Positions 8,711 to 17,064 of a stretch of DNA of 64,000 nucleotides are shown piece by piece (position 1 is the stretch's first letter; each line of letters starts with the position of its first letter). The notes beneath the pieces were generated by a model that saw only the letters and a program-made list of their open reading frames with translations, had not been told where the DNA came from and did not search any database. A program made the position numbers and the translations under genes. This DNA is from an uncultured Eubacteriales bacterium (GTDB lineage: Bacteria > Bacillota > Clostridia > Christensenellales > UBA1242), in contig URXM01000002.1 in NCBI GenBank assembly GCA_900551855.1, forward strand, positions 102,290-166,289, read 5' to 3'.

Positions 8711-11644
8711 ATGGCTGATATAATTATGTGGGTGTCCATAGGTATTTTAGCTTTGTTCCTTATAATAGGGCTTGTATCAGGGCTTGTTAGAGGATTGAAA
8801 AGATCTTCATTGCACTTGTTGTTTTTGGTGATAAGTTTTGTGATCGCATTTTTCATCACAAAACCAGTCACAACAGCAATTCTTGGAATAAAAATTCCTA
8901 TTGAAGGTCAAGAATATACTTTGAGTGAATTTATTATTTCAAGTGTGCAGTCAAGTTTTGACATCTCTCAACTTGAATCCGCAACTGAGTTTTTAAACAA
9001 ATTGCCAAATGCTATCGTTTCACCAATAATGTTTATTTTGTTGGCTTTGGTTGTCTTCTTTGTTTTTGACATAATTTATCTTATCATTGCAAGACTCTCT
9101 TTTGGGAAGAAAAAAGAAGACTTCAAAAAAGCAAAACCATATCGTGCTTATGGTGGAGTGATTGGACTTGTTGAAGGATTTTTGTTTTTGTTTGTACTTT
9201 TTGCACCTTTGACATCACTTACAAAAACATATCAAGAAATTGCACAGTTGCCACCAGCAGAAACACAAACTCTTGTCTTGAATGCAAATGAAGAGACAGC
9301 AGATGGCACAACTGACACACAATCTCAAAAAATGAAAAGTGTTGCAGAAACATTGAAAGATATGGTTCCAGCAGAAGTTTCAGAAGCAATTTTTGCTTAC
9401 AATGATAGTGTTGTTGGAAAAATTGCAGGAGCAGGCGGACTTGACAATGCACTTTTTGACGGACTCTCAAATTTTGAAATGGACGGAGAAAAGATAGAAT
9501 TTAGAAAAGAAATTTTGTCTGCAACAGATGTTTATGATGATTTTGTTGTTGTTTACAACAGTGCTATTGACAAAAATTATACTTCTATTGATTTAACAGA
9601 CTTAAAAACAAAACTTGAAACATTTTTAAACAACGGACTTTTCAAAACTGTTATTTCTGACACTGTAAACGAAATTGTTGTTAAATTTGACACATTGAAG
9701 GATCAGTTAAATCTTCAAGATTTACCACAATATGTTTTGGATATAATAGAAGATTTGAATGTTCGTTTTTCAGCAGAAGGATTTGACACTTATGAATATT
9801 TGAAGCATGATATTTTAAGTCTTGTAGATGTAGCTGACAAAGTGTTCAAAAGCGATTTGATAAATCAATTTGAAAGCATTCAAAACAGCGATGATATGCT
9901 TGTTGATGTTTTAAATCTTGTTGATAGAAACAGTTTGACAATAAAAGATATTGCACAAAATGTTTTGAAACTTAATATTGTATCTGACACATTTGACACA
10001 ATTGGCAAAATTGCTTCTGACAAAATTGCCGAGAGTATGCAAAACGATCAAGGTCTTGAAATTGCACTCAACACAAATATAGCTGACAAAGAACAAATGA
10101 TTGATGAAGTTTTGCAAGCAGTTGATGACTTTATTTCAATAAATGAAAAAGTTAACATTTCTGCTATGATGAAAGCAGAAAATCCAATTGAATACCTCAC
10201 AAAAATAGATGATTTGGATGGCGTTTTGACACAACTTGGAAACACTCTTGACAGCGTAAGAAATCTTGAAATTTTAGTTCTTCCAGCAGATGGTGAAACA
10301 AGACCAAACGATGTTTATGTGCTTGACAACATCTTGACATTAAACAATTTCAACTTGCTTGGAGATGAAGTATATTTGACTCCAGAAGATGAAACAACAA
10401 CAAAACTTGACACTTACACAAAACTCTTAAACTTTGTAAAAGCTCCAATTCTTGAATTGCAAAAATTGAATATCACAAACATTGGTGAAAACATGGATTT
10501 TGATGTTTTGCTTGACGGAGTTTTAAGTGGACTTGAAACAAACAAAGATCTTCTTTCTGATATGCTTCTTCCTATTTATCAACTTAACGTTTTAGATTTG
10601 AATGAAATGTTCAATCAAATTGTTGACCAACTTGGAAGTGAAGAAAACACAAACGGAATGATCAATCTTACAAAAGTAAAAGAAGAAGCTGCAACAGCTC
10701 CAAAAAACGGAATTATGGTTTGGGACGAAGAACTTGGGTATATTGGAGAAGTTTTGGTATCTCTCAACAAAGGCTCTGTAGGGGCAGAAAATGAAACATA
10801 TCTTGACGCTCTTCTTTCTGGAAATGTAGAGATGACAGATGTTTTGAATGCTATGATAGAAGATGGTGCAATTTCTGCGACATTAAATCCTGTGTTTAGT
10901 GCTCTTGCATTTGAAGGTTTGACAAATCAAATTTTTGAAATGATTGATGAGTCAATAAATGGTATTACAGGAGTTAAACCAAACACTGTAAACAACCTTA
11001 CAAATCTTAAAGCAGAAAAAGATGAAGTTATTGAAATAATTTCAAATTTGCTTGGCATAGTGACAAGTGACAACGAACTTACACTTAAACAACTTGGAAG
11101 CATTCTTGATCAATTGAAAGTCAATGCTTATAATGACGGAGCAAAAGACGGAGTGTTCAACGAAGTGTTTGCAAACTTGATTTGGTATATGACAGGGGAA
11201 AACTTAACAGGAAATTTAAGTTATGATGCAGAACCTGTAAATGATTTCTTTAAAGATGTAAAAGCATATTTGGAAGTATCTGATGCAAATGGATATTACA
11301 CATATGAAAGCTATGAAGCAACATTTGAAGAACTTGATGGAGTAATTGATTTTGCTACAACATTAAGTGAAACAATAACAGGAAAAGAATTGACACTTGA
11401 AAATGCAGAAGAATTTATTCAGTCAATCAAATCTGCAATAGATGCATCTGCAACCACAGAAGAAGAACAAGCAAAACTCTTGAACAATGTTGAGAAAATA
11501 TTGACAGGAAATCCTGACAGAGGAAACCTCTTGACAGAAGATCAAATGCAATATAAAGATGCTATTTTGGCAGGAATTGACAAAACTTATGGTGAAGGAA
11601 ATCTTGTTGGAACAGCACTTAAATCTTTGCTTGGATTAAACTAA
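8711..11644 (+). CDS. Large membrane protein: CvpA-like four-TM N-terminal domain plus an acidic extension of about 780 aa
   Basis: The first ~190 aa have a CvpA-type pattern (four hydrophobic helices, GLVRGLKRS after TM1). The rest is D/E/N/L-rich, predicted helical, with no recognisable domain. RBS AAAGGAG lies upstream. Confidence 0.6.
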   Translation: MADIIMWVSIGILALFLIIGLVSGLVRGLKRSSLHLLFLVISFVIAFFITKPVTTAILGIKIPIEGQEYTLSEFIISSVQSSFDISQLESATEFLNKLPNAIVSPIMFILLALVVFFVFDIIYLIIARLSFGKKKEDFKKAKPYRAYGGVIGLVEGFLFLFVLFAPLTSLTKTYQEIAQLPPAETQTLVLNANEETADGTTDTQSQKMKSVAETLKDMVPAEVSEAIFAYNDSVVGKIAGAGGLDNALFDGLSNFEMDGEKIEFRKEILSATDVYDDFVVVYNSAIDKNYTSIDLTDLKTKLETFLNNGLFKTVISDTVNEIVVKFDTLKDQLNLQDLPQYVLDIIEDLNVRFSAEGFDTYEYLKHDILSLVDVADKVFKSDLINQFESIQNSDDMLVDVLNLVDRNSLTIKDIAQNVLKLNIVSDTFDTIGKIASDKIAESMQNDQGLEIALNTNIADKEQMIDEVLQAVDDFISINEKVNISAMMKAENPIEYLTKIDDLDGVLTQLGNTLDSVRNLEILVLPADGETRPNDVYVLDNILTLNNFNLLGDEVYLTPEDETTTKLDTYTKLLNFVKAPILELQKLNITNIGENMDFDVLLDGVLSGLETNKDLLSDMLLPIYQLNVLDLNEMFNQIVDQLGSEENTNGMINLTKVKEEAATAPKNGIMVWDEELGYIGEVLVSLNKGSVGAENETYLDALLSGNVEMTDVLNAMIEDGAISATLNPVFSALAFEGLTNQIFEMIDESINGITGVKPNTVNNLTNLKAEKDEVIEIISNLLGIVTSDNELTLKQLGSILDQLKVNAYNDGAKDGVFNEVFANLIWYMTGENLTGNLSYDAEPVNDFFKDVKAYLEVSDANGYYTYESYEATFEELDGVIDFATTLSETITGKELTLENAEEFIQSIKSAIDASATTEEEQAKLLNNVEKILTGNPDRGNLLTEDQMQYKDAILAGIDKTYGEGNLVGTALKSLLGLN

Positions 11645-11659
11645 ATAAAATCAAAAACA

Positions 11660-11688
11660 AGAAAGGTGGATAAGTCCACCTTTTTTGT
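11660..11688 (+). terminator. Rho-independent terminator
   Basis: AAGGTGGA (11663-11670) pairs with TCCACCTT (11675-11682), followed by a T-run. Confidence 0.75.
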
Positions 11689-11734
11689 TGTTAAAAATGT
11701 AAGAATTGTGATAAAATCATAAAAGAAGGTGAAA

Positions 11735-12673
11735 ATGGAATTTAAACACATACCAGTTATGCTTCATCAAGTTGTTGATGGACTGAATATTAAACCTAAT
11801 GGAATTTATGTTGATTGCACTGTTGGTGGAGGTGGTCATTCTTTTGAAGTTGCAAAAAAATTGACAACTGGACATTTGTATGCTTTTGATAGAGACAAAG
11901 ATGCAATTGAAAAAAGTTCTAAAACACTGGAAAAGTTTAAAGATAAAGTCACTCTTATAAAGGCAAATTATAAAGAAGCGCCTGATATTTTAAGAGAGAA
12001 ATTTGGTATTTCTGAAATTGATGGGTTTATGATTGACTTGGGAGTGAGTTCTTATCAAATAGACGAAGGAGAAAGAGGTTTTAGTTTTGTAAACGATGGT
12101 CCTTTGGATATGAGAATGGACAAAGAAGAAAATGTTTTGACAGCAAAGGAAATTGTAAACAGTTTTTCTTATGAAGACTTGGTCAAAATAATGAAAGAAT
12201 ATGGAGAAGAAGAGTTTGCAAGCAGTATTGCAAAAAACATAATCAAAGAAAGAGAAAAACAACCTATTGAAACAACTTTTCAACTTAGGGATATAATAGA
12301 AAAAAGTATGCCAAAAAAGGTTGTGTATTCAAGAGGAGGAGCTTCTAAAAAAGTTTTTCAAGCATTGAGAATTTACATCAACAGAGAGTTGGATGGACTT
12401 GATAAATTGTTAGAAAAACTTATTTCAATGCTTTCAAGTGGTGGAAGAGGTTGCGTTTTGACTTTTCACAGTCTTGAAGATAGAATTGTCAAAAATGTTT
12501 TTAAATTGGAAAGCACAGATTGTATTTGTCCACCAAAAACACCAATTTGCATTTGTGGACACAAAGCAAAAATAAAGCTTGTAAACAGAAAACCAATTGT
12601 TGCAGATGATGAAGAACAAAAAGAAAATTCTAGAAGCACTTGTGCAAAATTGAGAATTGTCGAGAGATTATAA
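11735..12673 (+). CDS. rsmH: 16S rRNA (cytosine1402-N4)-methyltransferase
   Basis: HIPVML..., SAM-binding DCTVGGGGHS, DLGVSSYQID, FHSLEDRIVK. ATG at 11735 follows GAAGGTG. Confidence 0.95.
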   Translation: MEFKHIPVMLHQVVDGLNIKPNGIYVDCTVGGGGHSFEVAKKLTTGHLYAFDRDKDAIEKSSKTLEKFKDKVTLIKANYKEAPDILREKFGISEIDGFMIDLGVSSYQIDEGERGFSFVNDGPLDMRMDKEENVLTAKEIVNSFSYEDLVKIMKEYGEEEFASSIAKNIIKEREKQPIETTFQLRDIIEKSMPKKVVYSRGGASKKVFQALRIYINRELDGLDKLLEKLISMLSSGGRGCVLTFHSLEDRIVKNVFKLESTDCICPPKTPICICGHKAKIKLVNRKPIVADDEEQKENSRSTCAKLRIVERL

Positions 12674-12712
12674 TTTTTTTAGAATACTGAAAAAAGGAGG
12701 GAAATATAATAT

Positions 12713-13399
12713 ATGGAAAGACTTATTGTTGAGAAAGAAGTAGAGAAAAAAGAAGTTGTTACCGAACAAAAACAAGAACAACCAAAAGTATCTATCAAAC
12801 TCAAACTGAAAGAAGAGCCTAACAATATAACTCCTTCAACTGAATATTTAAATTCTCTGGACAACAGCATGACAATTGGGGATTTAAAAAGACAGGAAGA
12901 AAAGAAAAAAGAAGAGCAATTCAAGATAGACAAAGAGGTTTTGATTCAACAACAATTTCAACAATCAAAGCAAGAACAACCAAAAGAAGAAAAAACTCAA
13001 CAAGTCTCTCAAAAAGTCATTGAAAAACCCAACTATGATTTGATTGAAGAGAACAAAAAAATTGTTAAATTGAAAAAGAAAACAAAAACCAAGAGTGTAA
13101 ACAAAAAGAAAGTTGCAAGCATAGCATTAGCGTGCGCTTTGGGAGCGAGTGCTGTTGTGTGTGTTTCAAATGCAATTTTGATTGACAACATGAGTTCTAG
13201 TTTTGTTCAGATTGACGAAACATACAAACTTAATTTGGCTCAGTATCTACAAAATATTTACAAACTTGACACAGCCAAGAAAGGTATGGAAATAGTGGAA
13301 ACATATCCAGACGATTTGTTGGATGCAGGAGATTTGGGAGAATACAGCAATTGGTTTGATAGACTTTGTTCTTTCTTAGGAGGGTTGTTTGGAGGTTAA
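12713..13399 (+). CDS. Bitopic K/E-rich membrane protein in the ftsL position (FtsL-like, tentative)
   Basis: It lies between rsmH and the division PBP, as ftsL does. It has a single TM (VASIALACALGASAVVCVSNAILI) and a short extracytoplasmic tail. Sequence similarity to FtsL could not be assessed by eye. Confidence 0.4.
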   Translation: MERLIVEKEVEKKEVVTEQKQEQPKVSIKLKLKEEPNNITPSTEYLNSLDNSMTIGDLKRQEEKKKEEQFKIDKEVLIQQQFQQSKQEQPKEEKTQQVSQKVIEKPNYDLIEENKKIVKLKKKTKTKSVNKKKVASIALACALGASAVVCVSNAILIDNMSSSFVQIDETYKLNLAQYLQNIYKLDTAKKGMEIVETYPDDLLDAGDLGEYSNWFDRLCSFLGGLFGG

Positions 13400-13402
13400 A
13401 AT

Positions 13403-15298
13403 TTGCAAACACCTTACACCTTGCACTCTTTGCAGAAAAGAATAAAATCAATTTGTTTAGTTTTATTGTTTGTTTTTTGCAGTCTTACTGTTAGGCTTTT
13501 TGTTGTGCAGATTATAAGTGGAGAAGAACTTCAAAGAAAGGCAACTGATCAGTGGACAAGAGATTTGTCACTGACAGCACCTAGAGGTTCTTTTTTTGAT
13601 CGCACTGGGGACACCTTGGCAGTAAGTTATACAACTTATGATGTTTATGTAAGGGGAAGAGAAGTAAAAAGTCCAACGCATACAGCAACAGTCCTTTCAA
13701 ACATTTTGGAGTTAAATTTTCAAACTACTCTTGAAAAAGTTTCAAAAAAGAATGTTTCAGAAGTGTTGCTAAAAATGCAAGTTGATGCAGACAAGGCAGA
13801 GCAAATTTATAATGCTCATCTAGATGGAATATATTTGACAGAAAATGTTGGAAGATATTATGTTTATGGAAACTTACTGACTCAACTACTTGGTTTTTCG
13901 TCTGTTGACAATGTTGGTCAAGCAGGGCTTGAAGCATATTTGGATGAATATTTGAAAGGTGAAGACGGCTATTCTTATGTTCAAAGTGATTTGCAAGGGA
14001 AAGAAATTGGAGAAAGTATAAGGTATTATGTGGCTGGAGTTGCGGGGGACAATGTCACGCTTACAGCAGATAGTAAAATTCAAATAATGTTGGAACAAAT
14101 TTTAGAGCAAGCGTATGAAGAGCAAAAGGCAAAAAGTGTGACGGGAATTGTTATGAATGCAGAAAGTGGAGAAGTTTTGGCTATATCATCAAAACCAAGT
14201 TTTGATTTGAATAATCCTCCAAGAGAAGACCTTACGGCACTTTTTGAGCAATCAAAAATGAAAGCAGTGACTGACACTTACGAGCCAGGTTCGACATTTA
14301 AAATCTTGACACTTGCCGCGGCACTGGAAGCGGGGGTTGTCAGTTTGGACGATCATTTCTATTGCCCAAGTTATCGCATTGTTGATGGACAAAAAATCAA
14401 ATGTTGGAAAGCTATTGGACATGGTGATCAAACATTGGCAGAAGCGTTTGCAAACTCTTGCAACTGTTGTTTTATGGATTTGGCATTGAGACTGGGTGTT
14501 GACAGATTTTATGAATATATGGAAAAATTTGGACTTGGTCAAAAAACTGAAATAACAATAAAAGGAGAAAGTGCTGGAATATTGATGTCAAAATCATCTG
14601 TCAAAACAGTAGATTTGGCAAGAATGGGTTTTGGACATGCAATAGCAGTGACACCTATGCAGTTGTTGTCTATAGTTGCAGGGATAACAAATGGTGGAGT
14701 TTATCATACTCCAACAGTTATCAAAGAAATAAACGATATAAATGGAAACAAAACATATTCTCCAAAAGTTGAAGAAAAAAGGATAATATCCAAAGAGACC
14801 AGCGAGATTGTAAATCAACTTTTGCAAAACGCAGAAAACAAAACGGGAGATTACACTTTTGTTGAGGGGTATAATGTCGGAGGGAAAACAGGAACAGCAC
14901 AAAAATATGATGAAAATGGAAAGATTGCAAATGGAAAATATATCTCAAGTTTTATAGGCACATACCCAGCAGATAATCCAAAATACTTGTTTATGATTTT
15001 GGTTGACGAACCAAGTGCTGGGGCTTATTATGGTTCGATTGTAGCAGCGCCTTATGGGAAAAGTTTTTTCAGTCAATTCTTTGAGTTTTATGACATTCCA
15101 AAAGACGATCCAAACATAGTTGTTGAAGAAGTGATAATGCCTCAAGTTGTAGGTTTAAGTTTGGCAAATGCTGTTGCAGAACTTAAAAAAGTGGGGCTTG
15201 AATATGAGATAGATGGAGATGGTGGAATTATAAAAAAACAATTGCCACCAGCGGGGACAAAGATTTATAAAGGCAGCATTGTTTTGCTTATAACTTGA
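13403..15298 (+). CDS. Class B penicillin-binding protein (FtsI/PBP2B type) with a C-terminal PASTA domain
   Basis: TTG start 7 nt after GGAGG. N-terminal TM. Transpeptidase motifs STFK (GSTFKILT), SCN (ANSCNCC) and KTGT (GGKTGTAQ). PASTA-like tail MPQVVGLSLANAVAELKKVGLEY. Confidence 0.92.
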   Translation: MQTPYTLHSLQKRIKSICLVLLFVFCSLTVRLFVVQIISGEELQRKATDQWTRDLSLTAPRGSFFDRTGDTLAVSYTTYDVYVRGREVKSPTHTATVLSNILELNFQTTLEKVSKKNVSEVLLKMQVDADKAEQIYNAHLDGIYLTENVGRYYVYGNLLTQLLGFSSVDNVGQAGLEAYLDEYLKGEDGYSYVQSDLQGKEIGESIRYYVAGVAGDNVTLTADSKIQIMLEQILEQAYEEQKAKSVTGIVMNAESGEVLAISSKPSFDLNNPPREDLTALFEQSKMKAVTDTYEPGSTFKILTLAAALEAGVVSLDDHFYCPSYRIVDGQKIKCWKAIGHGDQTLAEAFANSCNCCFMDLALRLGVDRFYEYMEKFGLGQKTEITIKGESAGILMSKSSVKTVDLARMGFGHAIAVTPMQLLSIVAGITNGGVYHTPTVIKEINDINGNKTYSPKVEEKRIISKETSEIVNQLLQNAENKTGDYTFVEGYNVGGKTGTAQKYDENGKIANGKYISSFIGTYPADNPKYLFMILVDEPSAGAYYGSIVAAPYGKSFFSQFFEFYDIPKDDPNIVVEEVIMPQVVGLSLANAVAELKKVGLEYEIDGDGGIIKKQLPPAGTKIYKGSIVLLIT

Positions 15299-15352
15299 TT
15301 ATAATATGATTCTTTATTTGATTAAAAAAAAATTATAATATATAATATAAGC

Positions 15353-16078
15353 ATGATAACTTATATTGTTTTAGGGATCGTGTTGGTGTTTGTGCTTTTG
15401 TTGTGTTTTGCTTTGGCAATAGCAAGCTTTTCTTTTGACAACTATGCTGACAACTTAAAGAAAACAAATAACTTGAGAAACACTTACGGAATAACAACTT
15501 TAGATTATGTTGGAGCGATAAATAAAAAATATTTTCAAAATAGACTGCAAATTATGGAGTGTCAAGAATATAAAGACCACTATACTACAGGAATTCTTGC
15601 TTTAAGTCAAAAAACAATGCAGTCAAACAGTCTTGCTTCTTTGGCAATCGTTTCTCATGAACTAGGACATGCAAAACAAGATGTTTCAGGAGAAAAACTA
15701 CAGAAACAATGGAGAAGAAGAAGAACGGGAAAAATATTAAGTATGTTTTTCCTTCCGCTTGTTTTTGTCGGAGCAGTGTTGAGTTTGCTTCAAGTTTTTG
15801 GAGTATTGACTGAAACATATTATTTGATTGTTGGATTAGTTTGTTTGGGCTTGGCTTTTATTATTTTCTTATTTGTAATTTATCTTAAGTATAAAGAAAT
15901 TCAAATTGAAAAAGAAGCTTCAAATTTTGCACTTGATTTTTTGAGAGATATCTTGACCGAAGTCGAAGTCAAAATATGTAAAGAATTTTTAGACAGTGCA
16001 AGATTGACATATTGGGCAAGTTTGTTTAAGAGTTTACTTGGTTGGACTTTTTTAACAAAACAAGACAATTTATATTGA
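15353..16078 (+). CDS. Membrane zinc metallopeptidase (YugP / Zn_peptidase_2-like)
   Basis: HExxH motif in SHELGHAKQ, N-terminal TM and two C-terminal TMs; size and layout fit the YugP family. Confidence 0.75.
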   Translation: MITYIVLGIVLVFVLLLCFALAIASFSFDNYADNLKKTNNLRNTYGITTLDYVGAINKKYFQNRLQIMECQEYKDHYTTGILALSQKTMQSNSLASLAIVSHELGHAKQDVSGEKLQKQWRRRRTGKILSMFFLPLVFVGAVLSLLQVFGVLTETYYLIVGLVCLGLAFIIFLFVIYLKYKEIQIEKEASNFALDFLRDILTEVEVKICKEFLDSARLTYWASLFKSLLGWTFLTKQDNLY

Positions 16079-16095
16079 TTTATTATAGAAAGCAA

Positions 16096-16130
16096 AAAAA
16101 GATAGTGAAAATTTCTTCGCTATCTTTTTT
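16096..16130. terminator. Hairpin terminator (AAAGATAGYG...CRCTATCTTT family)
   Basis: AAAGATAGTGAA pairs with TTCGCTATCTTT, then a T-run; it lies between convergent genes. Confidence 0.65.
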
Positions 16131-16144
16131 CATGTTTCAAAAAA

Positions 16145-16339
16145 TTATGGAGCATCAATTGAACCGTTGCAATTTTTGCAAATATAACTTTTGCAAAAGT
16201 GCGGAGTTTCTTCATTTGGCAAAAAACTTTTTTCTCCCATTGAGACATCAATCATAAGTTTGTTGCAAACATTTCCTTTTTCGTTATAGACACAATCTTT
16301 CACATTACATCGAACTCCAGAATTTTGTTTTTCTATCAT
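16145..16339 (-). CDS. DUF1540-like small cysteine-rich protein
   Basis: Two copies of a C-x-V-x-x-C-x-Y-N-type pattern (CNVKDCVYNEKGNVC ... HFCKSYICKNC). ATG at 16339 lies behind AAGGAGG. Confidence 0.6.
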   Translation of the reverse strand: MIEKQNSGVRCNVKDCVYNEKGNVCNKLMIDVSMGEKSFLPNEETPHFCKSYICKNCNGSIDAP

Positions 16340-16438
16340 AAAACCTCCTTGCAAAATTATTATTTGAAAATAAACAAAAAATATTATTTAAAGTAATATA
16401 TTTACAATTTAATTTTCATATATTTAATTGATAAACTG

Positions 16439-16467
16439 TTGACATTCTGTGATTAAAAAGGTAAAAT
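16439..16467 (+). promoter_or_regulatory. Sigma-70-type promoter
   Basis: TTGACA (16439-16444), 17-nt spacer, TAAAAT (16462-16467). Confidence 0.55.
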
Positions 16468-16498
16468 TATTATAAGTAAAATAAAAGGAGATATGGAA

Positions 16499-16735
16499 AT
16501 GGCAAAGAAAACAACAAAAAGAAGATCAGATTATTTTGGTTTGGGATATATTGTAAGTCTTATCCTTGCAATCATTCCTGTAACAGCTTGGATTCTTGGA
16601 GCAATCACAAGATTTTCAGAAGGTAAAATTGTTGCTGGACTTATCAGATTGATATTTGGTTTCAATATCGTTTGGATTTGCGACCTTATATTGATGATCG
16701 TAAGAAAACACATTTTAAGACTTTTGAATATATAA
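16499..16735 (+). CDS. Small two-TM membrane protein (paralogue 1)
   Basis: ATG at 16499 lies 8 nt after AAGGAG. Two hydrophobic helices. C-terminal motif VWICDLILMIVRKHIL is shared with the next ORF. Confidence 0.6.
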   Translation: MAKKTTKRRSDYFGLGYIVSLILAIIPVTAWILGAITRFSEGKIVAGLIRLIFGFNIVWICDLILMIVRKHILRLLNI

Positions 16736-16745
16736 TTTTACAGAA

Positions 16746-16778
16746 GAAAAAAGACAACTGAAGAAGTTGTCTTTTTGA
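16746..16778 (+). terminator. Rho-independent terminator
   Basis: AAGACAACT (16751-16759) pairs with AGTTGTCTT (16765-16773), then a T-run. Confidence 0.7.
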
Positions 16779-16796
16779 TTATTAAAAGGAGATTTT

Positions 16797-17030
16797 ATGA
16801 GAGACATAATAAAATTTTTTGATGGATTGCCACTTATAGTAAAAATTATTTTTGCCCTTCCATTTTTAGATATTTTGTGGGCAGTTTACAGACTTTCTCG
16901 TTCTATTGACAAAGAAAATGCATTAGGTATTGTTTTGGCTGTGTTGATGTTGTTCTTTTGTCCAGCAATTTTCTGGATTGTTGACATCATAACACTTATT
17001 GTCAGAGAAGAAGTCCTTTGGATTGATTAA
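16797..17030 (+). CDS. Small two-TM membrane protein (paralogue 2)
   Basis: RBS AAAGGAG. C-terminal motif FWIVDIITLIVREEVL parallels that of the preceding ORF. Confidence 0.6.
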   Translation: MRDIIKFFDGLPLIVKIIFALPFLDILWAVYRLSRSIDKENALGIVLAVLMLFFCPAIFWIVDIITLIVREEVLWID

Positions 17031-17032
17031 AA

Positions 17033-17064
17033 AAGAAAACTCTCAAATTTTTGAGAGTTTTTTA
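17033..17064. terminator. Bidirectional terminator
   Basis: AAAACTCTCAA (17036-17046) pairs with TTGAGAGTTTT (17051-17061), between convergent genes. Confidence 0.7.
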
